From an uncultured Candidatus Saccharibacteria bacterium (GTDB lineage Bacteria > Patescibacteriota > UBA1384 > XYA2-FULL-43-10 > 1-14-0-10-43-13), in assembly GCA_964364265.1 (NCBI GenBank), contig CAYILA010000001.1:6808-70807 (forward strand): a stretch of DNA of 64,000 bases. The letters run 5' to 3'. The translations under genes and the position numbers were made by a program. The stretch's first letter is position 1, and the number at the start of each line of letters is the position of its first letter. Positions 47,606-56,010 of this stretch are shown one piece after another. The notes beneath the pieces are model-generated. The model was not told the origin of the DNA. It searched no databases and saw only the letters and a program-made list of their open reading frames with translations.

Positions 47606-48346
47606 TTGGAAAATATGAGAAGGAATTATCTGTACGATCCGGCGTCGCAGGGAGCGCACAAGATTAGCCGGAGTAAAATTGATCTGTTTGTAAAATGCCC
47701 CCGCTGTTTTTACTTGGATCAGCGACTGGGTGTGAAAATCCCGCCCGGATATCCCTTCAACATCAACTCTGCGGTCGATTTTCTTTTGAAAAAGGAATTC
47801 GATATCCATCGCGCCAAGGGCACGGCCCATCCCTTGATGCAGGAATACAAGGTTAACGCGATTCCCTTCGCCCATGAAAACATTGATAAATGGCGGGAGA
47901 ATTTTGTCGGTGTCCAATACTTGCACGAGCCCTCTAATTTACTGATAACCGGCGCGGTTGATGATCTTTGGGCGCGTCCGAACGGCGAGGTGATCGTTGT
48001 CGATTACAAAGCGACGGCCAAAGATTCGGAAGTGAATATTGATGCCGAATGGCAAGACGGTTATAAAAGACAGATGGAAATTTACCAATGGCTGATGCGA
48101 AGAAACGGATTTAATGTTTCTGAAACAGGATATTTCGTCTATTGTAACGGCAGACGGGACAAAGCAGCTTTTGACGGCAGAATCGAATTTGACATCAAAC
48201 TAATCCCCTACGAAGGCGATGATTCTTGGGTCGAGCCGAAAATATTAGAAATTAAAAAAACTCTTGATGAAGAGAGTATTCCGGAGCAAAGTCCGGATTG
48301 CGAGTACTGCAATTACACCAAGGCGCGCGAAAATATTGAGTGCTAA
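47606..48346 (+). CDS. PD-(D/E)xK nuclease superfamily protein with four cysteines (Cas4/AddB-nuclease-like Fe-S arrangement)
   Basis: N-terminal CPRCFY and C-terminal CEYCNY bracket VDDLW ... VVDYKATAKD, a D ... (D/E)xK core. Confidence 0.5.
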   Translation: MENMRRNYLYDPASQGAHKISRSKIDLFVKCPRCFYLDQRLGVKIPPGYPFNINSAVDFLLKKEFDIHRAKGTAHPLMQEYKVNAIPFAHENIDKWRENFVGVQYLHEPSNLLITGAVDDLWARPNGEVIVVDYKATAKDSEVNIDAEWQDGYKRQMEIYQWLMRRNGFNVSETGYFVYCNGRRDKAAFDGRIEFDIKLIPYEGDDSWVEPKILEIKKTLDEESIPEQSPDCEYCNYTKARENIEC

Positions 48347-48413
48347 GCTGAACTAAAAAGAAAAGGCCATCCGTGAAGTACGGGTGACCTTTGGGGAGCC
48401 GGCGGTGAGCCGG

Positions 48414-48977
48414 CTAAGGGGAAGAGACGACAACTATGTGGAAACGACGCTGGCGGCCAAAATCGCGAGCGATTTTGTGATTGGGAACCCGTATATCAAC
48501 CCGGTTTCCCTTAATCGCGCCACCACGGTCATCGACTCTCAAAGTGCGGATATGACCCAAGTACTCTAGAGTGACGAGTGTGCCGGGAGTCAGGACCCGA
48601 GGGTCAGCTGCAATTCCCGGCAGGTGAGCGTTAACACCTTGCGATGTCCGGCCGCCTGTGTCACAGACTGAACAATTGGGATCGTATGCGGTAGCATCGA
48701 CGGTCATTCGCCGGAGAACCCGGTGATAACCGCCTCTTGAGGCAAGGAGATCTCCCCGCCGGAGGCGGGAAAATTCCTTGAGGGTTTTGACGGACAGCTT
48801 TTGCGGTTTGGGTCGAAAAGCCGCCTGCCTTCTTGTCGTCGGACTCGTCTGCTTAATCCTTACGGACTTGGCCGGCCTTTGAATCGATTGACTCTTTCGA
48901 GTGCTTTCGGCTCTTTGGCCTGCGGTATGCCAGCAGACAAGGAGTAGCCCAACGGCTGCAAGGGTGAAAATTCGCAA
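48414..48977 (-). CDS. 3D-domain protein (MltA/YuiC/Rpf-associated cell-wall-binding domain), secreted
   Basis: A signal peptide, then a C-terminal DATAYDP ... GRTSQGVNAHLPGIAADPRVLTPGTLV ... DDRGGAIKGNRVDI, which is the 3D-domain pattern. The start is TTG. The gene is GC-rich. Confidence 0.65.
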   Translation of the reverse strand: MRIFTLAAVGLLLVCWHTAGQRAESTRKSQSIQRPAKSVRIKQTSPTTRRQAAFRPKPQKLSVKTLKEFSRLRRGDLLASRGGYHRVLRRMTVDATAYDPNCSVCDTGGRTSQGVNAHLPGIAADPRVLTPGTLVTLEYLGHIRTLRVDDRGGAIKGNRVDIRVPNHKIARDFGRQRRFHIVVVSSP

Positions 48978-49012
48978 GACTTTCTCCGTTCCGCCCTTCT
49001 TAAGGCCTTGAA

Positions 49013-49041
49013 ATTCTATAATAAAAAGCTCAATTTGTCAA
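49013..49041 (-). promoter_or_regulatory. sigma70-like promoter for the 3D-domain gene (TTGACA-N17-TAGAAT)
   Basis: Read on the minus strand: ttgacaaattgagctttttattaTAGAAT, about 30 nt upstream of the start codon. Confidence 0.5.
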
Positions 49042-49058
49042 TCCCAGAAAAGTGGGTA

Positions 49059-49087
49059 TTGATATTGGATAATTTATCTGCTAAAAT
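49059..49087 (+). promoter_or_regulatory. sigma70-like promoter (TTGATA-N17-TAAAAT) driving the structured leader/sRNA
   Basis: ttgata ttggataatttatctgc taaaat. It is divergent from the 3D-gene promoter. Confidence 0.5.
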
Positions 49088-49093
49088 GCTTTC

Positions 49094-49266
49094 ATTCTGT
49101 CTCTAGCGGCAGTAGTGCGAAAACCGTGAGTGTGAAAGGGCGAGTGTCCCATCTTGGCAGGTCCTAGCCGATTGGCTGGTCGTCCTTTACCTCATGGGTA
49201 CAAATCAAGCTAGCCGCCGTGAGGCAGAAAAACTGGAGCGCCCCCGCGGGCGCTCCTTATCTTTTT
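49094..49266 (+). ncRNA. unidentified structured RNA (~175 nt) ending in a strong intrinsic terminator, immediately upstream of the beta-lactamase-like gene; candidate riboswitch, attenuator or sRNA
   Basis: The region is GC-rich with nested complementary segments: ccgtgag/ctcatgg, gggc..gtccc and agcc-gatt-ggct. The terminator ggagcgccc-ccgc-gggcgctcc plus ttatcttttt sits at 49235-49266. No ORF is present. The downstream gene has its own AAGGGGG RBS at 49288. Confidence 0.4.
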
Positions 49267-49302
49267 AGTAGTATAATGGTACCAAGGGGGAATCTCTATA
49301 AG

Positions 49303-50193
49303 ATGATAAATGGAATTATCTTCACCATTGTGGTTAAACGATATCTAAAATTAATAATTATCATCGCGGTTGTTCTGATTCTGATTCTTTCCGCTTCTTT
49401 TATATATTTTAAAAAAAATAATGCCAATAATTCTTCGAGCAACACCAAACAATCGGATCAAAGTGATAAAGATGCCGAGGCAAAAAGAAAATCAGAAGCC
49501 AGAGAAGAAAATATTAATTTGGCAATCAAAAAGGTAATCGTAAAATACGACAACATCGACATCGCAGTCAGTTTTGAAGATATCGACAACGGCGATAGCA
49601 CCAATATTCTTGGCGATAAATTATTCATTGCCGCCAGCACGGTGAAAATTATTGTGGCAACTGATTTTCTGGAACAGATGCAGGATGGGAAATATGGTAT
49701 GAATATGAAAATGGGTAACCATGACGCCAATTATCATCTGGAGCAGATGGTGTCGCAGAGCAACAACGATTCGTGGGCGCTGTTTAATAATTTGCTTTCT
49801 TTCGCCGGCGAGGAGCAATACGCCAAAAAGATTGGTATCACATATGTCAGTTCCAATAATTCGATCAAACCGAATGACATTAACGCATTTTTGGGAAAAC
49901 TTTATCGCGGGGAGTTATTAAATAAAGAAAATACCGATCTTCTATTATCGCTGATGCGTGTTACCCACGACGACCGCTACCTCCCCGGTTCGGCAGTAAA
50001 GGCGAATTACTACCACAAGACCGGAAAATATGAGGCCTATGTCCATGATGTCGGAATCATTGACGATGGGACACACAAATACGCTATTTCAATATTTACA
50101 GATGCGCAGTACAAGGATTACACGATTGACGGCCGGATCCCGATTTTCCACGAGATAGTTGAAGCGGCCTACGCCGCCGCCAATATTAATTAA
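49303..50193 (+). CDS. class A beta-lactamase-like serine hydrolase (PBP/beta-lactamase fold), N-terminally anchored
   Basis: AASTVK (SxxK), SQSNND (SxN-like) and HKTGKY (KTG), preceded by an N-terminal TM and a Ser/Asn-rich linker. The start is set at MINGII (49303), not 49219, because the ORF track start overlaps the terminator. Confidence 0.6.
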   Translation: MINGIIFTIVVKRYLKLIIIIAVVLILILSASFIYFKKNNANNSSSNTKQSDQSDKDAEAKRKSEAREENINLAIKKVIVKYDNIDIAVSFEDIDNGDSTNILGDKLFIAASTVKIIVATDFLEQMQDGKYGMNMKMGNHDANYHLEQMVSQSNNDSWALFNNLLSFAGEEQYAKKIGITYVSSNNSIKPNDINAFLGKLYRGELLNKENTDLLLSLMRVTHDDRYLPGSAVKANYYHKTGKYEAYVHDVGIIDDGTHKYAISIFTDAQYKDYTIDGRIPIFHEIVEAAYAAANIN

Positions 50194-50239
50194 TATATAT
50201 AAAACCAAAAAGGACTGTACTGAAAGGTAAAGTCCTTTT

Positions 50240-50314
50240 TGGTAGCCTCAAAGGGAGTCGAACCCTTCTTACCACATTGAAAGCGTGGTGTCCTAACCGA
50301 TAGACGATGAGGCC
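50240..50314 (-). tRNA. tRNA-Glu (anticodon TTC)
   Basis: The reverse complement ggcctca tc gtc tatcggttagga cac c acgct TTTCaat gtggt ... ttcgact ... tgaggc t acca folds as a cloverleaf. The anticodon loop is cTTTCaa. Confidence 0.75.
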
Positions 50315-50406
50315 ATAACTAAACTAATTGAAGGGATTGGCCCTTCGACTTGCTCAGGGTCATTCGACTCGCTTCACAAACCATGGTTTACCATGAGCGA
50401 GCGAAG

Positions 50407-50481
50407 CGAGTCGAATGGTGGACTGCCTGGGACTCGAACCCAGAACCAATGGCTTAAGAGGCCACTGCTCTACCATTGAGC
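50407..50481 (-). tRNA. tRNA-Lys (anticodon CTT)
   Basis: A near-identical paralogue of the tRNA-Lys(TTT) at 17835, with the anticodon loop cCTCTTaa (34-36 = CTT). Confidence 0.85.
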
Positions 50482-50570
50482 TAGCAATCCCTACCTCGAT
50501 AAAATAGCATAAACTGCCCGTTTAGACAAGGTTACAGGCACAATAATATCGATTAACCTATAAATCAAAA

Positions 50571-50650
50571 CGCATCACTTAGGTGGTGCTTTTTTCATTC
50601 CTAAATGCAAAAATAGCAAAACACGAGCCTAAAATAGAACCGTCCCCTCA
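50571..50650. repeat. 80-bp direct repeat copy 1 (contains the bidirectional terminator hairpin gcatcac-ttag-gtggtgc flanked by A-run and T-run)
   Basis: About 88 % identical to 51519-51598. Confidence 0.7.
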
Positions 50651-50665
50651 TTACGAACTAGTAAT

Positions 50666-50992
50666 TTATCGTCTGTTGGCAAAATGGGTAAATGTATTAA
50701 AATAGCGCATCCAGTGATTATCGGAACGAGTGTCGCGATCCAAATACCATTTAGCTAATAATTCCCGGCTGCGCAGTAATTCTTTGAGGCGTTTGCGATT
50801 TTTAGGATCAGTTACGGTAAGATCAAGTAATTCAAGTGCCCTCTCAAAAGAAACTTCCATATAGTCGAATCGGCCTTTATTGCGCCAGTTAATAGTACGA
50901 GAAATTTCACTGCCAATATTTGCCATTTGATAAGACACAGTTTGAGCAAACCAATGGTCTAATCTCAAATTTTTGTGGTAATACAAGTTCAT
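50666..50992 (-). CDS. hypothetical protein, possible HEPN-like C-terminal R-x6-H motif
   Basis: RDTRSDNH lies near the C-terminus. No other motif recognised. Confidence 0.4.
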   Translation of the reverse strand: MNLYYHKNLRLDHWFAQTVSYQMANIGSEISRTINWRNKGRFDYMEVSFERALELLDLTVTDPKNRKRLKELLRSRELLAKWYLDRDTRSDNHWMRYFNTFTHFANRR

Positions 50993-51339
50993 ATTGTTAT
51001 CAGTTTCGCGACGATTGAACGGATTTTTTCTTGCAGTTTCTCGTCATCAACACTTCGAGAGCGATTATTTTGCGAAGGTCGAAGATTAATCATTGAATCA
51101 AACTCGATAAAGTCATCGGTACCAAAAAGCTCGGGATAAAGATTAATACCCCAAAGATTTTGTTGAGCTGATTCGGATTCGATCATGGCTGCTTCCTCGT
51201 CCGCATGCATTTCAGCATCAACAACCAATATTTCTTTTTCGACATCGACTACCGCCTTGACCAGATTACCAAACATCTTTTCTGCCATTTCGGCCAGTTC
51301 ATGATTGGAGATTGGATTGTTTGCCGTAATCGTTTTCAT
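50989..51339 (-). CDS. hypothetical acidic protein (ELAE..FG.LVKAVVDVE ... HADEE ... LWGINLYPE; DUF-type conserved small protein)
   Basis: The ORF overlaps the downstream gene by 4 nt (ATGA), implying an operon. Confidence 0.4.
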   Translation of the reverse strand: MKTITANNPISNHELAEMAEKMFGNLVKAVVDVEKEILVVDAEMHADEEAAMIESESAQQNLWGINLYPELFGTDDFIEFDSMINLRPSQNNRSRSVDDEKLQEKIRSIVAKLITI

Positions 51340-51518
51340 GCTTTGACAATACCATAAGCGCTAGCAGTTTTCCAGCAGCCATTCAATACCCCGTGCCTCT
51401 TTGCCAGATTCATTAAAGGTAAGCATCGATTGTTACGACCAAGCTAAAAGATGTTCAAAACGAAGTTCATTGATGCTACCAACCTTCATCAAGATTGCGG
51501 CCGGCAGGCCATGAAAAA

Positions 51519-51598
51519 CGCATCACTTCGGTGGTGCTTTTTTCATTCCCAAATAAAGAAATAGCAAAATACGAGCCTAAAAGAGAACCGTCCCCTAA
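51519..51598. repeat. 80-bp direct repeat copy 2 (terminator hairpin gcatcac-ttcg-gtggtgc)
   Basis: It lies immediately 3' of the HD-domain gene on the minus strand. Confidence 0.7.
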
Positions 51599-51630
51599 TC
51601 CCGCCATGGAGAATAAATTTAATCATATTA

Positions 51631-52182
51631 TTATAGTCCCAACCGGTCGGAGATGCCCTGCATCGCTTTTAAAACGGTGGCAATATGCTCATCGAGATCG
51701 ATGCCCAGTTCTTCGGCTCCTTTGATTATATCCTCACGGCTAATAGCGGCCGAAAAACCTTTTTGTTTCATTCTTTTTCTGACGGATTTCACCTCAACTT
51801 CAGATATTTTCTTAGTTGGTCTAATCAGGGCGGTGGCAGTAATCAAACCGGTTAATTCATCGACGGCAAATAGAGTTTTGGCCATTTTGGTTTCTCTTTT
51901 TACTCCGGTGTAATCACCATGCCCCATTATTGCATCAACCCATTCGCTTGGGACATTCTTTTCTTTTAATATCTCGCAACCCTTGTAGGGATGACCATCT
52001 TCTTGGGGATATTTTTCATAATCAAAATCATGTAATAGCCCAACAATACCCCAGCTCTCCTCATCTTCACCGAATATTTTTGCGTATGCCCGCATTGCCG
52101 CTTCAACTGCCAAGCTATGCTTAATCAAACCTTCTTTGCTCGTATATTCCGTCAATAGTTTGTAAGCTTCATCTCTATTCAT
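51631..52182 (-). CDS. HD-domain phosphohydrolase (YfbR/HDIG-like)
   Basis: H ... HD ... D spacing: IKHSLAVEAAM, LLHDFDYEKY and GHGDY. Confidence 0.65.
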   Translation of the reverse strand: MNRDEAYKLLTEYTSKEGLIKHSLAVEAAMRAYAKIFGEDEESWGIVGLLHDFDYEKYPQEDGHPYKGCEILKEKNVPSEWVDAIMGHGDYTGVKRETKMAKTLFAVDELTGLITATALIRPTKKISEVEVKSVRKRMKQKGFSAAISREDIIKGAEELGIDLDEHIATVLKAMQGISDRLGL

Positions 52183-52451
52183 ATCATTTCAGCTATCATT
52201 ATTAATGAGATCGCATCAGAAATAATTTAGCACAGCTGGAGCAAGAATAAAACAGCTGACTATGTTGAAAAATATCTAAATAAAGAGTATAGTTCCAATT
52301 AGTTCGTATTAAAATAATTAACAAATTTCCCCAGTTAAAGCTAATGAAATACAAAAATTTTAAGTTCGATACTAATAAATCTTATAGTATGATTGCAGAG
52401 ACCGGAATTTCCGTCTAGTTTTTCATTGGTTTTGGGAATTGAAAGGATTCC

Positions 52452-53975
52452 ATGCTAAATATTGTTCTTACAGCCATCGCCGGCGTGCTTGTCGGCGGAA
52501 TTTTGGGATTTGTCCTATTTAAAATTTTATCTTCCAAGAAAGTTTCAAAGGCAAAGTTGGAGGCGGATAAAATTATCGAGAGAGCGAAGACAGAGGAGAA
52601 AGAAATTCTTCTCGTAGCTAAGGATGAGGCCTTGAAAGAGAAGGAAGAAGCCAAAAAGACTTATCAGGAGAAAGAAAAATATCTCGAAAAAACAGAGATG
52701 GATCTTCGAAAGAGAGAGCTCTCGATTGACACCCGTTTTGATGAACTTGATAAATCACAAAAAGAGTTGACCGGAAAAGAAAAGCAGATTGAAGATATCA
52801 AACAGGCGCTTCGCGATTTGCGAAAAAAACAGGAAGAGAGTTTGGAGCGGATCGCCAAAATGAATAAAGATGATGCCAAGAAAGTTCTTTTGGAATTGGC
52901 AGAACGCGAGGGTAAGGAGGATTTGGTTAAGAAGTTAAAAGAAGTCGATACTTATGTCAAAGACAATGTTGACGATAAGGTAAAAAGAATTATGGTCACA
53001 GCCATGCAAAGGTTGGCATCAGAGACAGCTTCGGAGACAACAATTGCCACAATTCAACTTCCAAACGAAGAAATGAAGGGACGAATTATCGGCAAGGAAG
53101 GCCGCAATATTCAGGCCTTTGAAAAGACGACAGGAGTCGATGTAATCATTGACGACACGCCGGAGGCGGTTGTTCTCTCGACCTTTGACCCGATCCGCCG
53201 ACAGGTGGCGCGGGTAACATTAGCTGAATTAATCTCCGACGGCAGAATCCATCCGACATCGATTGAAGCCGCTTTTGAAAAGGCCAAAAAAATCGTTTCT
53301 GCCGATATTAAAAAGTCAGGCGAAGAGGCCTGTTACGAAGTCGGTGTCACCGGTTTGCCGCAGGAAATTATGCAAATATTAGGCCGTCTAAAATTTCGGA
53401 CTTCCTTCGGCCAAAATCAACTTGACCACTCCATTGAAGTTGCCAGAATCGGCGGACTTTTGGCCGATGAATTGGGCGCCGATGTTTTTCTGACCAAAAA
53501 AGCTTGTCTGCTTCACGATTTGGGCAAGGCGATTGACCATGAGGTTCCGGGATCACATGCCATAATCTCGGCTGATATCGCCAGAAAGTTCAAACTTTCG
53601 GCTGATCTCATCCACGCCATTGAAGCCCATCACACCGATGTTGAGCCGGAAACAGTTGAAGCGATTTTAGTTCAAGTGGCCGACGCCATTTCGGCTTCGC
53701 GCCCCGGTTCTCGCCGAGAATCATTTGAACTATATATCAAAAGATTAGAAGAGTTGGAACGGGTTGCCAATTCATTCTCGGGCGTAGAAAAATCTTACGC
53801 CGTTCAAGCCGGTCGAGAAGTTCGTGTCATTGTTATCCCGACGGAGATTGACGATTTGGTAGCGGCCAAGATGGCCAAAGATATCGCTAAGAAAATTGAA
53901 GAGGAAGTGCAATACCCGGGTCAGGTCAAGGTAACAGTTATCCGAGAAACCCGGGCAGTCGAAGTGGCACGGTAA
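52452..53975 (+). CDS. rny: ribonuclease Y
   Basis: An N-terminal TM, a long coiled coil, a KH domain (GRIIGKEGRNIQ) and an HD domain (LLHDLGKA ... H). Confidence 0.95.
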   Translation: MLNIVLTAIAGVLVGGILGFVLFKILSSKKVSKAKLEADKIIERAKTEEKEILLVAKDEALKEKEEAKKTYQEKEKYLEKTEMDLRKRELSIDTRFDELDKSQKELTGKEKQIEDIKQALRDLRKKQEESLERIAKMNKDDAKKVLLELAEREGKEDLVKKLKEVDTYVKDNVDDKVKRIMVTAMQRLASETASETTIATIQLPNEEMKGRIIGKEGRNIQAFEKTTGVDVIIDDTPEAVVLSTFDPIRRQVARVTLAELISDGRIHPTSIEAAFEKAKKIVSADIKKSGEEACYEVGVTGLPQEIMQILGRLKFRTSFGQNQLDHSIEVARIGGLLADELGADVFLTKKACLLHDLGKAIDHEVPGSHAIISADIARKFKLSADLIHAIEAHHTDVEPETVEAILVQVADAISASRPGSRRESFELYIKRLEELERVANSFSGVEKSYAVQAGREVRVIVIPTEIDDLVAAKMAKDIAKKIEEEVQYPGQVKVTVIRETRAVEVAR

Positions 53976-53984
53976 TCGCCCAAT

Positions 53985-54125
53985 AATTTCTAAATCCTAA
54001 TATCTAAATCCGAAACAATATAAAAATTCAAATAGGAAATCTAAAAATATTTTGTATTTGGATATTTTGAAAATTAAAATTTGTTTAGGATTTAGGATTT
54101 AGATATTCGTATTTACTCACTTTAT
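53985..54125. repeat. AT-rich ~140-bp imperfect palindrome (ctaaatcctaa...tatctaaatcc / ggatttaggatttagata) between rny and ymdB
   Basis: The arms aatttctaaatcctaatatctaaatccgaaacaa and ttgtttaggatttaggatttagatatt are reverse-complementary with a few mismatches. Confidence 0.5.
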
Positions 54126-54153
54126 AACAAATAAAATTTAATAAGATTATTTA

Positions 54154-54951
54154 ATGACTAAGAACATAATCAAGATATTATTCCTGGGGGATATTGTCGG
54201 GAAGCCGGGACGGGGGGCGGTCAAGCATTTCCTGCCTATTTTAAAAGATCAAGAAAAGATTGATCTTTGTTTTGCCAATGGCGAAAACTTAACACACGGC
54301 TCCGGAATGTCGTACGAAAAGTATGACGAGGTCATACAAGCCGGTGTCGATTATTTTACCTCCGGTAACCATATTTGGGCGAGAGAGGAATTTGCCCTCC
54401 GGCTTGATGACAAGAATATAAAAGTTTTACGACCAGCCAACTATCCTCCTTCTTCGAACGGCCGAGGCAGTGTCGAGATTGAATATCAAGATCAAAAAAT
54501 ACTGCTTATAAATCTTGCCGGTCAGGTCTTTATGGCCGATGAGGTCAAAAACCCCTTTTTAGCAGCCGATGAGATTATCAAAAAAAACAAAAACAGCATT
54601 ATTATAATTGATTTTCATGCCGAAGCCACAAGCGAAAAAGTGGCATTGGGACTATATTTAGACGGTAGAGTCGGGGCAGTTATCGGTACCCACACACATA
54701 TTCAGACAGCCGATGATAAAATTTTATCGGCTGGTACTGCGTATATAACTGATACGGGGATGTGCGGACCGACAGATTCGGTGCTCGGTGTTGAGAAGGA
54801 GATAATAATTGAAAAATTCTTGACAGGCCTGCCTAAAGCGCATAAAGTGGCAAGTGGAGATAGTATTTTCCAAGGCGTCATTATTGAGATTGATGCCGAG
54901 ACAAAAAAAGCGACCTGCATAAAACGAATTTCAGAAATTTATAAACAATAA
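54154..54951 (+). CDS. ymdB: YmdB-like metallophosphoesterase (TIGR00282 family, 2',3'-cNMP phosphodiesterase)
   Basis: ILFLGDIVGKPGR, GENLTHG and a GNH motif. The rny-ymdB linkage is conserved, as in Bacillus. Confidence 0.8.
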   Translation: MTKNIIKILFLGDIVGKPGRGAVKHFLPILKDQEKIDLCFANGENLTHGSGMSYEKYDEVIQAGVDYFTSGNHIWAREEFALRLDDKNIKVLRPANYPPSSNGRGSVEIEYQDQKILLINLAGQVFMADEVKNPFLAADEIIKKNKNSIIIIDFHAEATSEKVALGLYLDGRVGAVIGTHTHIQTADDKILSAGTAYITDTGMCGPTDSVLGVEKEIIIEKFLTGLPKAHKVASGDSIFQGVIIEIDAETKKATCIKRISEIYKQ

Positions 54952-54974
54952 TCCACCCGAAGGAGGTGAATACT

Positions 54975-55247
54975 ATGAACAAGAGCGAATTAATCAACGA
55001 AGTGGCCAGAAAGACAGGACTTTCTAGAAGAGAATCGGAAGTCGGAGTCCAAACAGCCCTCGATGTGATTTCAAATGAGCTGGCAAAAGACAAGAAAGTC
55101 ACGCTAACCGGATTTGGGACATTTGATGTCGGACGGAGAAAAGCCAGGACCGGCGTCAATCCAAGGACAGGTTCTCCGATCAAGATCTCGGCGACAAAGA
55201 TGCCTAGGTTCAAACCAAGCCGTGGCTTGCGTTCGGATGTTAAATAA
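54975..55247 (+). CDS. hup: DNA-binding protein HU
   Basis: MNKSELINEVA ... GFGTF ... R.ARTGRNP.TG ... PRFKPS. A GGAGG RBS lies 8 nt upstream of this ATG. Confidence 0.9.
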   Translation: MNKSELINEVARKTGLSRRESEVGVQTALDVISNELAKDKKVTLTGFGTFDVGRRKARTGVNPRTGSPIKISATKMPRFKPSRGLRSDVK

Positions 55248-55258
55248 TGGTTATACGA

Positions 55259-55307
55259 AAAAGCCCCTACGCCAGTTGGCGGACGAGGGCTTTTTCTTGA
55301 GGGTTGT
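55259..55307 (+). terminator. intrinsic terminator aaagccc...gggcttttt downstream of hup
   Basis: An outer stem aaagccc/gggcttt with an inner hairpin cgccagttggcg, followed by a T-run. Confidence 0.65.
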
Positions 55308-55440
55308 TTTAATTTTCTAATTTTGTTCTAAATACGATTGGTCGTCGTTTTTTTGTTTCTCCTGCATTGACTTTAAGCCCATTTTCTATTACAATATTAA
55401 ACTGTACACGATTTGCTGATATGATTGTTTTGTGGGTACA

Positions 55441-55517
55441 TCGGGGTGTGGCTCAGTTGGCTAGAGCGCCGCGTTTGGGACGCGGAGGTCCCCAGTTCGA
55501 GTCTGGGCACCCCGACC
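55441..55517 (+). tRNA. tRNA-Pro (anticodon TGG)
   Basis: cggggtg tg gctc agttggcta gagc g ccgcg ttTGGga cgcgg aggtc cccag ttcgagt ctggg caccccg a cca. Confidence 0.85.
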
Positions 55518-55576
55518 ATCTCGCTTTGCTCGATGTAAACTTAATAGAAATGAGTTTACACTGAACGAAGTGAAGT

Positions 55577-55651
55577 GCGGGTATAACACAACGGTTCGTG
55601 TGCCTGCCTTCCAAGCAGGATATGCGGGTTCGACTCCCGCTACCCGCTCCA
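55577..55651 (+). tRNA. tRNA-Gly (anticodon TCC)
   Basis: gcgggta ta acac aacggttc gtgt g cctgc ctTCCaa gcagg atat gcggg ttcgact cccgc tacccgc t cca. Confidence 0.85.
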
Positions 55652-55659
55652 AAATTTAT

Positions 55660-55735
55660 GGCGGCCATGGTGAAGTGGTTATCACGGCAGTCTGTGGCAC
55701 TGCAATGATGGGTTCAATTCCCATTGGCCGCCCCA
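55660..55735 (+). tRNA. tRNA-His (anticodon GTG) with the encoded G-1
   Basis: g gcggcca tg gtga agtggtta tcac g gcagt ctGTGgc actgc aatg atggg ttcaatt cccat tggccgc c cca. The extra 5' G opposite C73 is the tRNA-His hallmark. Confidence 0.85.
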
Positions 55736-55749
55736 TTGGAATTATATGT

Positions 55750-55826
55750 GCGCCCTTAGCTCAGTTGGATAGAGCGCCACGCTTCGGACGTGGAGGTCGG
55801 GGGTTCGAATCCCTCAGGGCGTACCA
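55750..55826 (+). tRNA. tRNA-Arg (anticodon TCG)
   Basis: gcgccct ta gctc agttggata gagc g ccacg ctTCGga cgtgg aggtc ggggg ttcgaat ccctc agggcgt a cca. Confidence 0.8.
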
Positions 55827-55861
55827 TAATTCCTGTGTAATATTGATGCTATTTAAAATAT

Positions 55862-55937
<76 letters not shown>

Positions 55938-56010
55938 TTGAGCCGGATGGCTCTTTTTTGTTTGCCATAAAAGGTATTTTGATTTATGATGAAATAAAAC
56001 AAGGAGGGGA

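Noticed and set aside
49081-49266. Assignment of the structured leader to the ydaO/c-di-AMP riboswitch, SRP RNA, 6S RNA or RNase P RNA
   Set aside because: I could not find the conserved blocks of any of these (the GGUGAAUCC and ACGGGG of ydaO, the GGAAGGAAGCAGC-type SRP domain IV, or the RNase P P4 sequences). It is left unclassified.
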